A stretch of DNA of 64,000 bases, taken from Macrostomum lignano. Taxonomy: Eukaryota. Positions 1-17,816 of the stretch are shown here, one piece after another (position 1 is the first letter of the stretch; each line of letters opens with the position of its first letter). The notes beneath the pieces are model-generated. The model was not told where the DNA came from. It did no database searches and worked only from the letters and a program-made list of their open reading frames with translations. The stretch spans positions 124,001-188,000 of the forward strand of contig NIVC01000841.1 of the NCBI GenBank assembly GCA_002269645.1, in the 5' to 3' direction. The position numbers and the translations under genes are program-made.

Positions 1-74
1 ACCCGAACGCCTACCACGAACTCGGTGCCAAAACCCTACCCGAACGCCTACCACGAACTCGGTGCCAAAACCCT
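1..74. repeat. 37-bp tandem repeat, 2 copies visible, cut by window edge
   Basis: acccgaacgcctaccacgaactcggtgccaaaaccct occurs at 1-37 and 38-74. Confidence 0.9.
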
Positions 75-882
75 ACTCTTTAGCGATTCTTGTCACGGTA
101 TCGTTTTCAACGGTGTGTACATTAGAACCCCACATTAGAATTGTACATTAGAAAGTCAGAGGGTCGCTGTACACGCTGTGTGAGCTTGTGTATTGGCGCG
201 CTTGTCTGTGCCCGGGAGTCAGTGGAATGGGCAAGAATTGCCTCAGTGCTGGTTGCGGGACCATGTCGCTGAAGGTGTTGCGCCAGGGTACCCGAAACCC
301 GATGAATATGCCTGCCTGTAGACAAAAAAGTAGGAGAAAGTCTTATGACCACGCAGTACAGTGCGTGCATCCAATTGTATTAGCTTTAAACTGCATCAAA
401 TTAGGTTAGTAAAATTCAACTTTTGTTTTTAGCTTACTAAAAATGTTGGCCCTATTGGCATTTTTGCCATTTTTTCCATGGTTTCAATTCTTCGAAACAT
501 TATTTTCCAAAACCTGATGACATGATGAGATTTTTGGTCGAAATGCTGTAAATCCGAAAGCATGTATTAGGCACTTTTGAAAGCCACCGTTGACTACTAA
601 AAACATTTAGTAGTATTTGAAACTTGAAAGCATCATCATCAATGATTTCTAATAAAACAATGACAGGAGATTGTACTGTGGGGCCACTGGTGACATCATC
701 CCACAACCAGCGATAGGTGAGGCGATTCTGCCCATTTCGCTGACTCCCGCACTCATACACACGCTCACACAGGGTGATGTCGAAGCTCAAGAAAACTGTT
801 AAACTTTTTAGGATATTCCGATTAAAATCGCACAAAACACTTTTTGTTTTTTATAGAAGCGTTTATTTTCCTTAATAGTTGA

Positions 883-1314
883 TCAGATCTTCGGACACTC
901 GCCCTCATGCTTAACCTCAACCCCGGCAAGTCTAGCGTAGCATTCATTTGAGTAAGTACTTTCATCGACACCGCACACTGGCTGATAGACGTCCGGGCAC
1001 TGTTCAACGGCACACTCGCCAACATGTTGAATTTCAACTCCGGCTGACTTAGCAAAGCAATCATTTGGATACGTTTTGCCGTCCGATCCGCATACGGGCC
1101 GATAGATATTCAAGCACAATGAAATGCAAGGACCATTGTGACGAATTTCAACTCCGGCTAGTTCTGCATAGCAAGAATTCGGATAAGTGTTGTCATCGAC
1201 CCCGCAAACTGGACGATATTCTTCAGCGCACAGGTTTGGCGAAGCAAAAGTACAGCTTACTATGGCAAGAATCGCGCAGAACGCACAGACAAAAGGAGCG
1301 ACACTTGAAGACAT
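883..1314 (-). CDS. Secreted Kazal-type serine protease inhibitor, 3 tandem four-cysteine Kazal domains, single exon, 143 aa
   Basis: ATG at 1314 begins MSSSVAPFVCAFCAILAIVSCTFA (hydrophobic signal peptide). It is followed by three C-x7-CG(V/S)D-x-x-TY-x-N-x-C...G-x-C repeats (CAEEYRPVCGVDDNTYPNSC, CLNIYRPVCGSDGKTYPNDC, CPDVYQPVCGVDESTYSNEC). The ORF-track extension to 1413 is not ATG-initiated. Confidence 0.9.
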   Translation of the reverse strand: MSSSVAPFVCAFCAILAIVSCTFASPNLCAEEYRPVCGVDDNTYPNSCYAELAGVEIRHNGPCISLCLNIYRPVCGSDGKTYPNDCFAKSAGVEIQHVGECAVEQCPDVYQPVCGVDESTYSNECYARLAGVEVKHEGECPKI

Positions 1315-1661
1315 GTTAACTTGCTGTTCTTTGTTTATTCGCCGAATTCGATAGGCATAAAATAAGTCGAAGGAATACCAAATCACGTTTTTATACAACT
1401 CAGTATATGGCAATTCTTTCTCAGTAGCATTTTCTCAGCTTTATCAATCGCAGAAAACACACGTGGAAATTGCGTTGCCAATCTGTGTCCGTCACACCAG
1501 CTGGGCAAAGCAAACGTGTTGAAACCGTTCGGTGTTCCTGACAGACCATGCCGTAGCATAACAGCAAAACAACACAGGTTTTTTCACATTATCACACATT
1601 TCTGATACGAGCTAACATAATGGCCTATCGCGTTAAAGTACCCGATTATTGCTCACGAAAA

Positions 1662-1874
1662 TTGACTGTCAGTGACATTTGACTGTCAGCGACATTTGAC
1701 TGTCAGTGATATTTGATTGTCAGTGACATTTGATTTCCAGTGACATTTGATTTCCAGTGACATTTGACTGTCAGCGACATTTGACTGTCAGTGACATTTG
1801 ACTGTCAGTGACTTTTGACTGTCAGTGACATTTGACTTCCAGTGACTTTTGACTGTCAGTGACATTTGACTGTC
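1662..1874. repeat. 17-bp minisatellite (tttgactgtcagtgaca)n
   Basis: About 12 tandem units read directly. Confidence 0.9.
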
Positions 1875-3094
1875 GACCCGAATCCTAAATATAACCTTCC
1901 CCAAGACACAGTGTACACAGCCTTGGAATGGGAATGACTTGTTCCTTCTTCGCTAGATGTGAGGGTTTGAGCAGTGCTCAAAGTCATCTAGGGAACAAAC
2001 TTTTTAAAGTACTATACTACTGCTACAGGAAAAAATCTATAAATGAATATAAGCAAAGACAAAAAACATGAAACAAGAAAATCAAAATCAATCAGTTTTA
2101 AAGCATTTTATATTTATTTACAATTACTACACAAGCGTCATCTGTTAATATAGTAATTATTATTAGGTAAATTATAATTAATTATACATAATATATGCAA
2201 AAATACCGGTCTAGACAATTAACACGACAAGGACAGTCCACTGGCACTATAGTAGTTTTACAATACACGTTTGGTTTATGAATTATGAATAGCCTTTATA
2301 ATCGTATTATCATATGAAATTTGTATGTTAGATTATTACAAAAAATCAAATTATGCAATTAAGGCACGCCAAATAACAGGATCAACTTATTATTCGAAAT
2401 CTACCAATTGAATAAGCGATAAGATTAATTGAACTTTAGATAAGTATTTAAACAGATTCAAAATACGAGCTAATTGTCATTTAACTTCTGGAATTAAAGT
2501 ACAAGTTTAACATAAAGCGATTGGAAAGAATGGAAGAGCAAAGAGACTGACATAGAGAAAGGGATAATAGGGGGAGAGGAAGAAGGGAGAGAAGATCAAA
2601 CCACTTCTTGAACTAATCGAGATTTTTTCATTTTTCAGCTCTCCGCTTTATTAGTAGGAATACATGCACAACAAAGTCTACCGACATGTAGCGATTGCCA
2701 ATAATTTCAGGCAAGAAACACAAAAAAATTAGCCAGGGAATGAACCAATCGAGTTCATACTAACTCTACATTCCAAGAACATTTAAATTTTTATTGCCAG
2801 AAAATAATTAACTCATGCAATTCTTGTCACAGCGATAAAGTGAAATGATTAAACTTAAACCGAAAAAAAGTTTGCGTGCAAGTGAGACATTATTTCAATT
2901 TAGAAATGATTATCAAATTTATTAAAGATTTAACAACTTCATTAATCAAAACATTGATAGGAAGACGGATTGCAGGGAAAAAAATGGAAAGAAAAAGTCG
3001 ATAGAAAATAGTTTTTACTGTCAAACATTTTGTACTTTATGTAATACAAAAGCGCACCTGCAAGCATTAACTGGCCATAAATCTCTTGTAGTCC

Positions 3095-4110
3095 TGGAAT
3101 CCGCATCCCCGCCCTCTTCTCAGTATCCTTGAATCCGCCTATCCGCCCTCTTCTCAGCATCCTTGAATCCGCCTCTCCGCCCCTTCTCAGTATCCTTGAA
3201 TCCGCCTCTCCGCCCTCTTCTCAGCATCCTTGAATCCGCCTCTCCGCCCCCTTCTCAGTATCATTGAATCCGCCTCTCCGCCCCTTCTCAGTATCCTTGA
3301 ATCCGCCTCTCCGCCCCCTTCTCAGTATCATTGAATCCGCCTCTCCACCCCCTTCCCAGTATCCTTGAATCCGCCTCTCCGCCCCTTCTCAGCATCCTTG
3401 AATCCGCCTCTCCGCCCCCTTCTCAGCATCCTTGAATCCGCCTCTCCGCCCCCTTCTCAGTATCATTGAATCCGCCTCTCCGCCCCCTTCTCAGTATCAT
3501 TGAATCCACCTTTCCGCCCCCTTCTCAGCATCCTTGAATCCGCCTCTCCGCCCCTTCTCAGTATCATTGAATCCGCCTTTCCGCCTCTCCGCCCCTTCTC
3601 AGTATCATTGAATCCGCCTATCCGCCTCTCCGCCCTCTTCTCAGCATCCTTGAATCCGCCTCTCCGCCCCCTTCTCAGTATCCTTGAATCCGCCTCTCCG
3701 CCCCCTTCTCAGTATCCTTGAATCCGCCTCTCCGCCCCCTTCTCAGCATCCTTGAATCCGCCTCTCCGCCCCCTTCTCAGTATCCTTGAATCTGCCTCTC
3801 CGCCCCTTCTCAGTATCCTTGAATCCGCCTCTCCGCCCCCTTCTCAGTATCCTTGAATCCGCCTCTCCGCCCCTTCTCAGTATCCTTGAATCCGCCTCTC
3901 CGCCCCCTTCTCAGTATCCTTGAATCCGCCTCTCCGCCCCCTTCTCAGTATCCTTGAATCTGCCTCTCCGCCCCTTCTCAGTATCCTTGAATCCGCCTCT
4001 CCGCCCCCTTCTCAGTATCCTTGAATCCGCCTCTCCGCCCCTTCTCAGTATCCTTGAATCCGCCTTTCCGCCCCCTTCTCAGCATCCTTGAATCCGCATC
4101 TCCACTCCTG
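3095..4110. repeat. 33-34-bp minisatellite (tccttgaatccgcctctccgccccttctcagta)n
   Basis: About 30 tandem units, directly downstream of the AKAP10 stop codon. Confidence 0.9.
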
Positions 4111-4157
4111 AATTTCAAAAGCATTGAATCTTTAAAATGAAGCTTGGCACTGCTCAA

Positions 4158-10699
<6,542 letters not shown>

Positions 10700-11143
10700 A
10701 GAATTTCATTACAACATGGAACCGTTCTGTAAAAAATCAGCATTAGAGTTTATGCATTTAGTTTATGTGTTAAGTCGAAGGTATTCGAACTTAGGACCTA
10801 CTAAGGGGTGTAAAAACTAAAAAAATAAATATTAATTCAAACAAAAAGCTGATATTTGTTCATGAGGATATTGTAAATTTTATTTATCTTAATGTTAATT
10901 AGTAGATAGACGACGAGAGTACATTAAAATTGATACATTAAGATGACGACTAATAAGTATAAGCTGCAACAATAAAAAAATGAAAAAATGCACGCAACAC
11001 ACAAAGTTTGATTAAATTTGCTACCCACAAAAATACTTCACTGAAATATAAACAATTATGAACGAAGAAACAGTAAGAGTGCAAGCAAGTGCATAGCAAC
11101 TGACATATTTGCAAAATAAACAACAGATAGCTAACTAATAATA

Positions 11144-11889
11144 TAGCTTTTTGCAGCCCATTTGGGCCCACGCGCATTGAATTCAATCCAAGATATGTTT
11201 GCCAATGTAACGGAGCTCCTGTCTATGGTAGCAAGGCTGGCACAGCTGCATTCAATCCGGTCCAACAAGCATCAATTTGGTCCATTTAGTTCATTTGCAG
11301 CTCAGTCCCAGAATTGTGGACCATATGCTAGGCTGTTGAACAAATGTCATTGGCTTGTGATCGAAGCACTCGACGGAGGTGAACACCCAAAGGACATTGC
11401 AAGGTTGCTGAATGTAAAAGAAAAGGTGGTTTACAGCATCCAGGAGCGCCTTGAAACTCTGCCGGCAGAGATTGCCTGCGAAAGGGTGGCAATCGCCAAG
11501 GAAAGTTGCTCGAGAGCCTCAGGTCCAACTGCTACTCGATGCAGTGGAGACGAACCCTTTGTTGACGTTTCAGAAAATGCAGCAGAAGTTGAGGGAACAG
11601 CTCCAGTTGGTTATCAGATTTCGACTATCAGCAGAGCTCTGGAAAAGCGACTGAAAATTGTTGGTAGAGACGCTGACATTCCAGCGGTGCGCAACAACCG
11701 CAGACTGTTGCGAGAAGGCAGGAGTTTGTCCAATGGCTCACGAGTGTTTGGACCAAATGGATGCTTGTTGGACCAAATCAAATGCCGCTGCGCCAGCCTT
11801 GCTACCATAGACAAAAGCTCTGTTACATTCGCAAACATATCTTGGATTAAATTAAATGCGCGCAAGCCCAAGTAGGCTGCAAAATGCTA
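11144..11889 (+). mobile_element. Non-autonomous Tc1/IS630-like DNA transposon, about 746 bp, with ~150-bp imperfect TIRs and TA target duplication
   Basis: TA|TAGCTTTTTGCAGCCCA...GGCTGCAAAATGCTA|TA. Interior encodes paired HTH remnants (LVIEALDGGEHPKDIARLLNVKEKVVYSIQERL; ISTISRAL) and no DDE domain. A second copy lies at 32521-34896. Confidence 0.8.
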
Positions 11890-12043
11890 TAATAATGTTA
11901 GTTACAAAGAAACTTAGCATGAAATTACATAACCATAGCAACTACAACTAAGCGTTGCAACAATGCCAAACCTTTTACAAATAAAGTACATATGTTCAGT
12001 TACCATAGACACCAAGATAACAGACTCGATAAGAGAGTCAATC

Positions 12044-12186
12044 TATTGAAGAGTTGATCTTCATTGTCTATGGTCCAAAGGCTGGAACAACTGTAGAAAA
12101 TGTTAATTGCGCGGCCAAATCCTCGAATTGGTTGTTGCTTCACAGACCCCTGTTGGGCCATAGACAATGAAAATCAAGTCATCAAT
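12044..12186. mobile_element. Small MITE-like inverted repeat (~35-bp arms) in predicted KDM5-like 3' UTR
   Basis: tattgaagagttgatcttcattgtctatggtccaa (12044-12078) pairs with ttgggccatagacaatgaaaatcaagtcatcaata (12153-12186); TA at both ends. Confidence 0.55.
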
Positions 12187-12243
12187 AACTGTTCCATTCT
12201 TCCATTTAGGTTAATTCCTGGTACACGAACCATAAATTATTTC

Positions 12244-15200
12244 TCAATTCTCAGCCAATCCAGCTGATTCCTCGTCATCGTCAGCATCTTGTTGACTAAT
12301 CAGTTCCTCATGAGAATCCTCATCCGAGCCAGACTCTTCTCCATCAGGCGTAGGCAGCAGCTCTTCAATATCCTCGTTATCGAAGTCTTCTTCATCAAAG
12401 TCGCTCTGCTGTGACGCGTCGCGACTGTTAGACTGTTGCAAACAGGTGGGGCACAGGTAGGAGTCGGCCAGCTCGTCAACAGAGCGGACTCCAACGCAGA
12501 TCCAATGGAACCACTGCTGGCATTGATCGCATTCCACCCAGTTCACCTGCATGAGCGATAGATTTCTTGTTGTATTTAATAATTCTTAAAGTTGTATTTT
12601 AGGAGATCTATAGGTTTTTTAAGGATGAGATTTTGAGAATATAGGTGAGAATTTTTAGTATAATGGATTTTGAGGATTTAGATACGATTTTGAGGATGTA
12701 AGTGAGCTTTGAGGATATACATAGGATTTGGAGGATGTAGGTGGGAGTTGAGGATGTAGGTGAGATTTTGAGGATGTAGATGGAATTTTGAGGATGTAGG
12801 TGAGATTTTGAGGATGTAGGTGAGATTTTGAGGATGTAGGTGAGATTTTGAGGATGTAGGGGAGATTTTGAGGATCTAGGTGAGATTTTGAGGATCTAGG
12901 TGAGATTTTGAGGATGTAGGTGGGATTTTGAGAATGTAGGGGAGATTTTGAGGATCTAGATCGGATTTTGAGGATGTAGGGGAGAGTTGGAGAATATGGG
13001 TGAGATTTTTGAATTTATGGGGACTTTTGAGAATTTAGATGAAATTTTAAAGATATGGGGGAGATTCTGAGAATCTAGGTGAGATTTTTAAGATTTAGGT
13101 CATTTTTTTCAGGATGTAAGCGAGATTTAGTAAATCTATGTAAGATTTAAATCTAAACGAGATAGACGGGATATTGGTATCTAGATGCGATAATGATGGC
13201 ATATGAGATACTACGAGTACGAATTTGCACCTGAGTTCCAGTCGGCTGGTGACACTTCACCGCTGCGCAGTCCTCGCTCCAGCCGCCTTTTCGACGCTTC
13301 TGCTGTTGCTGCTGTTGAGGTCGGGCTTGCTGTCGCTTGGAAGCTGAGGCCGAAGATGAAGCCACAGAAGCGGCAGCGGACGAGGCAGCATGAGATGCCG
13401 CAGGTTGAGTATAGTGCTTTCTACGCCTCTCGGCTGCCTGCAAGAAGACCGAACAGTGAATGCTTGATAGAGCCTTAGTAGCTTAGGGATTAGTAGCCTA
13501 AGGATCAGTGGCTTAGGGATTAGTAGTTTGGGTATTAGTGGCTTAGGGATCAGTAGCTTAGGGATTAGTAGCTTAGGGATTAGTAGCTTAGGGATTAGTA
13601 GCTTAGGGATTAGTAGCTTAGGGATTAGTAGCTTAGGGATTAGTAGCTTAGGGATTAGTAGCTTAGGGATTAGTAGCTTAGGGATTAGTAGCTTAGAGAT
13701 TAGTAGCTTAGGGATTAGTAGCTTAGGGATTAGTGGCTTAGGGATTAGTAGCTTAGGGATTAGTAGCTTAGGGATTAGTAGCTTAGGGATTAGTAGCTTA
13801 GGGATTAGTACCGTAAGGATTAGTAGCTTAGGGATTAGTAGCTTAGGGATTAGTGGCTTAGGGATGAATAGCTTAGAGATTTTTAGATTACGGATTAGTA
13901 GCTTAGGGATTAGTAGCTTAGAGCTTTGTAGATTACGGATTAGTAGCTTTGCTTAGGGATTAGTAAAATAGAGATTAGTAGCTTATGGATTAGTGTCTTA
14001 GGTATTAGCAACTCAGGAATTAGTTACCCTAGAGATTAGTGGCTTAGGGAATATTGGCTTCGGGATTAGTAGTTTAGGGATTTGCAGTTTATGCGAGAAT
14101 TGCTGATATATCAAGGCTTATGGGACGAATTGCTGAGATGACAGAAAGTGAGGCATTAGCAGCTTAGAGCATAAAACTGTCAGACTCACCGCCTCAATAG
14201 GAGTCCGGACTTTGCGCCGACGCTTATCAGCTGGAGCGGCATCTTTGTCGGCGTCGGCTGAACCAGCCGGTCGCTTAGCAACCGACACCACAGATGAGCT
14301 ACCAGGTTTGCGACCTCTTCTAGCGTGCTGCCTTTGCTGCTGCGGCTGCTGCTGCTGAGAAAGTACAAGATGTCCTTTTGTTTGTCGTTTTGCCAATTTT
14401 GACTTCGACGACGACGACGCTATAGACGTAGTAGACGCCGCCGACGGGAGCATCACGGGGCCGAGAGCGATGGCCGACGTCGAATACGCGTCAGACATGT
14501 CGTCGCCATCGTCATCGTCAGCGGCGGAGGCAGCGGCGCCTGCGGCCGTGGAGGCGACCGCTTTAGCCGAGGACTGCACAGAGGAGGAGTCCATAGCGTC
14601 GTCACCTTCGCTGCTGCTCTCTTCGTCGTTGTCATTGTCCTCGTTGTCGCTGTCAGCTCCTCGGCCGCAGGCAATAAGACCGGCTCCTCTGTCGTCGTCG
14701 CCAAACTCATCAACGTCAGCGTCGGGCGCGCTTGCCTGCAGCAGGTGCCACAGCCAGGTGGACTCCTCCATGGAGACTTCCAATAGGTCGCCTTCGAGCA
14801 TGGAGGACTCGAGTTGAGACCGGGCCGCCGGGCTCAGAGTCAGGCAAGGCCTACGGGCCGGCATTAAAGAGGTTGGCGAGGTCATGGAATCGCCGGCGCC
14901 GCTTGTCGACATTGTCGGAGGCGGCGAGATGCTCAGGCTGCTGCTGCCAGGACCAGCTGGGGCGGCAGCCGACGTAGTCGAGGCCGCCGCAGTGTTGCCA
15001 CCGCCTGATTGCGACGGCCCGCGAGGAAACAGCGGCGACTTTCGCGGCTTTCTAGACGACGAAGACTGCGCCGCCGCCGCTGCAGCCGCAGCTGCCGATG
15101 CCGCCGATGACGAAGTGGCAGCGGCAGCGGCGGCGGCAGCGGCAGCCGCATTAGCGGCACCCCGCTCAGCCAGGGTTAGGCCGCTATTAGCGCTAATTGC

Positions 15201-17779
15201 AGCCACGCTAGAGGCCATAGCAGCCTCGCCACCCGAGGTAACCATGGTGTTTAGCTGGCGCAACAGTTTATCAGGCAGCTGCAGTTTCATAGTTCTAGCC
15301 AAGCAGACTAGCGCCCGGCGCAACTCGGGACTGCTTAACAATAGGCAATGGGTCCGATCCTGCCAGGACATCGCACGCTCGGTTAGACACTGCAGAGCCA
15401 CCCCGGCTAGCAGAGGACACGGTAGGCGTTGCAGAGCCAGCAGCAAACTGAGAATGGTTTCAACCCGAGGCCGCCTGCCGCGCTCGCAGGCCTGGCACAG
15501 ATATTTCAGATCCCTGAGAGCGGCCCGCATTGCCGATTGGCCGGCGTTAGTCAGCGTCTTCGGCTTCAAATACTTGGGCAAAGTGACGCACTGGGCGTGG
15601 TACCAGTGCCGGCACAGTTCGCACTGCAGCATGAAGCTGTTGCTGGAATTGGAGCTGCGCTGACCGCAGATGCACGTGGATGCCAGGACTAGATCGTGGC
15701 CTTTGCGGTGTCTGTAAGTATTGCAAATCGATCATCAAATGTCAGTGATCGATACATCAAGCAACAAATCGATCATAAATATCGTGAATCTATACTGAAT
15801 ATCATAAATCGATACTGGATATCAGAAATCGATACTGAATATCATAAATCGATATTGAATATCATAAATCGATATTGAATATCATAAATCGATACTGGAT
15901 ATCATAAATTGATACTATATATATCATAAATCGATACTGAATATATAAATAGATACTGGAAATCAGAAATTGATACGAAATATCATAAATCGACAATGAG
16001 TATCATTAATCGACATTGGGTATTAAAAATCGATAATTCATATCATACATCAATATTGAATATCACAAACCGATACTAAATATAAAAAGTCGTAAAAAGT
16101 AATGAACAATTTGACACAAGCATACGAAAAGGCATAAGAATAAACTAATACTCTGACTCACCTAGCAGCCATCGCACTTTTCAGTTCTGTAGCGGCCAGC
16201 TCCTGATAGAGAGCCACCCTTTCAGCGTCGGTAATATCGTCCGAGAAACGGTCAACCGGCTCCAAAAAGTTCTGCTGCTGCTGTTGGGCCGACTGACCGC
16301 CGTTGCTGCTCTCTTCTTTGGCAGGAGCTTTCTTCGACACCGCGCCCTTCTTTGGACCGGAGCTCTGCCCGCCTTGACCGGCGTTTGGCTTCGTGTAGTC
16401 GCGTAAAAACGAGCGAGACGATCGGGGCAAAAGAACCTGTGCGTGATGAATTTTTTAGGGAAATTTTGTATGTGCATCTACAGTGGCTGGCCCAGCAACT
16501 GACACTCTGGGAGGCTGGCACAGCAACTGAGGATCTGAGAGGCTGGCCTAGCAACTGAGGATCTGGGAGGCTGACACAGCAACTGACACTCTGGGAGGCT
16601 GGCCCAACACTGAGGATCTGGGAGGCTGGCCCAGCAACTGACACTCTGGGAGGCTGACCTAGCAACTGAGGATCTGGGAGGCTGGCCCAGCAACTGAGGA
16701 TCTGGGAGGCTGACACAGCAACTGACACTCTGGGAGGCTGGCCCAACACTGAGGATCTGGGAGGCTGGCCCAGCAACTGACACTCTGGGAGGCTGACCTA
16801 GCAACTGAGGATCTGGGAGGCTGGCCTAGCAACTGAGGATCTGAGAGGCTGGCCTAACAACTGAGGATCTGGGAGGCTGGCCCAGCAACTGACACTCTGG
16901 GAGGCTGGCACAGCAACTGACACTCTGGGAGGCTGGCCCAGCAACTGAGGATGTGGGAGGCTGGCCCAGCAACTGACACTCTGGGAGGCTGGCACAGCAA
17001 CTGAGGATCTGGGAGGTAAGCCTTAAGAGTTCCTAGCCTAGCAACCAAGAATCTACAAGAGTTCCCAGCCTAGCAACCAAGGATCTACAAGAGTTCCCAG
17101 CCTAGCAACCAAGAATCTACAACAGTCCCCAGCCTAGCAACTGAGGATCTACAAGAGTTCCCAGCCTAGCAACCAAGGATCTACAAGAGTTCCCAGCCTA
17201 GCAACCGAGGATCTACAAGAGTTCCCAGCCTAGCAAACAAGTATCTACAAGAGGATCTACAAGAGTTCCCAGCCTAGCAACCGAGGATCTACAAGAGTTC
17301 CCAGCCTAGCAACTGAGGATCTACAAGAGTTCCCAGCCTAGCAACTGGGGATCTACAAGAGTTCCTAGCCTAGCAACCAAGGATCTACAAGAGTTCCCAG
17401 CCTAGCAACTGAGGATGTAGCACTAAAAACTCAAGCAGGCGTACCTGTATAAGCGACAGAGGAGAGTACTTCTTTAGAAAGTTCCGGGCAGTCCGATCTA
17501 GCCAGCCCTTAGCTTGGGCCACGTGATTTTCTAGCTCCGCCAGCTGCTCCAGCTTCACGCAATACTTGCGACCCTCATCTAGCAGTCGCTCCAGCGTTCC
17601 CAGAGTCGGATAGGCTACCGCGCTACCCTGCCCAGTTTCCATAGCAACCGTCTCTGACCATTGTCGAATTCGAGCTAACAGATCGGCGGCTGATTTCACC
17701 GAAGTCAAACGAAGCGGCAGTCGCTCGGCGTCGTCAACCAGTTTTTGCAGATCGTCAAGGTCCAGTAGGGAGGCCTGCA

Positions 17780-17816
<37 letters not shown>

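Noticed and set aside
500-835. Possible exon of a gene continuing off the left edge (..LTYRWLWDDVTSGP..)
   Set aside because: No recognisable domain and no convincing splice-site pair.
11162-11875. 237-aa ORF spanning the Tc1-like element as an intact transposase
   Set aside because: It starts at TTG, runs through both TIRs, has only HTH remnants and no DDE domain.
14470-15692. Plus-strand ORFs up to 259 aa overlapping KDM5 exon 6, and similar ones over NR2E3 at 49879-50642
   Set aside because: Antisense shadows of GC-rich low-complexity coding sequence.
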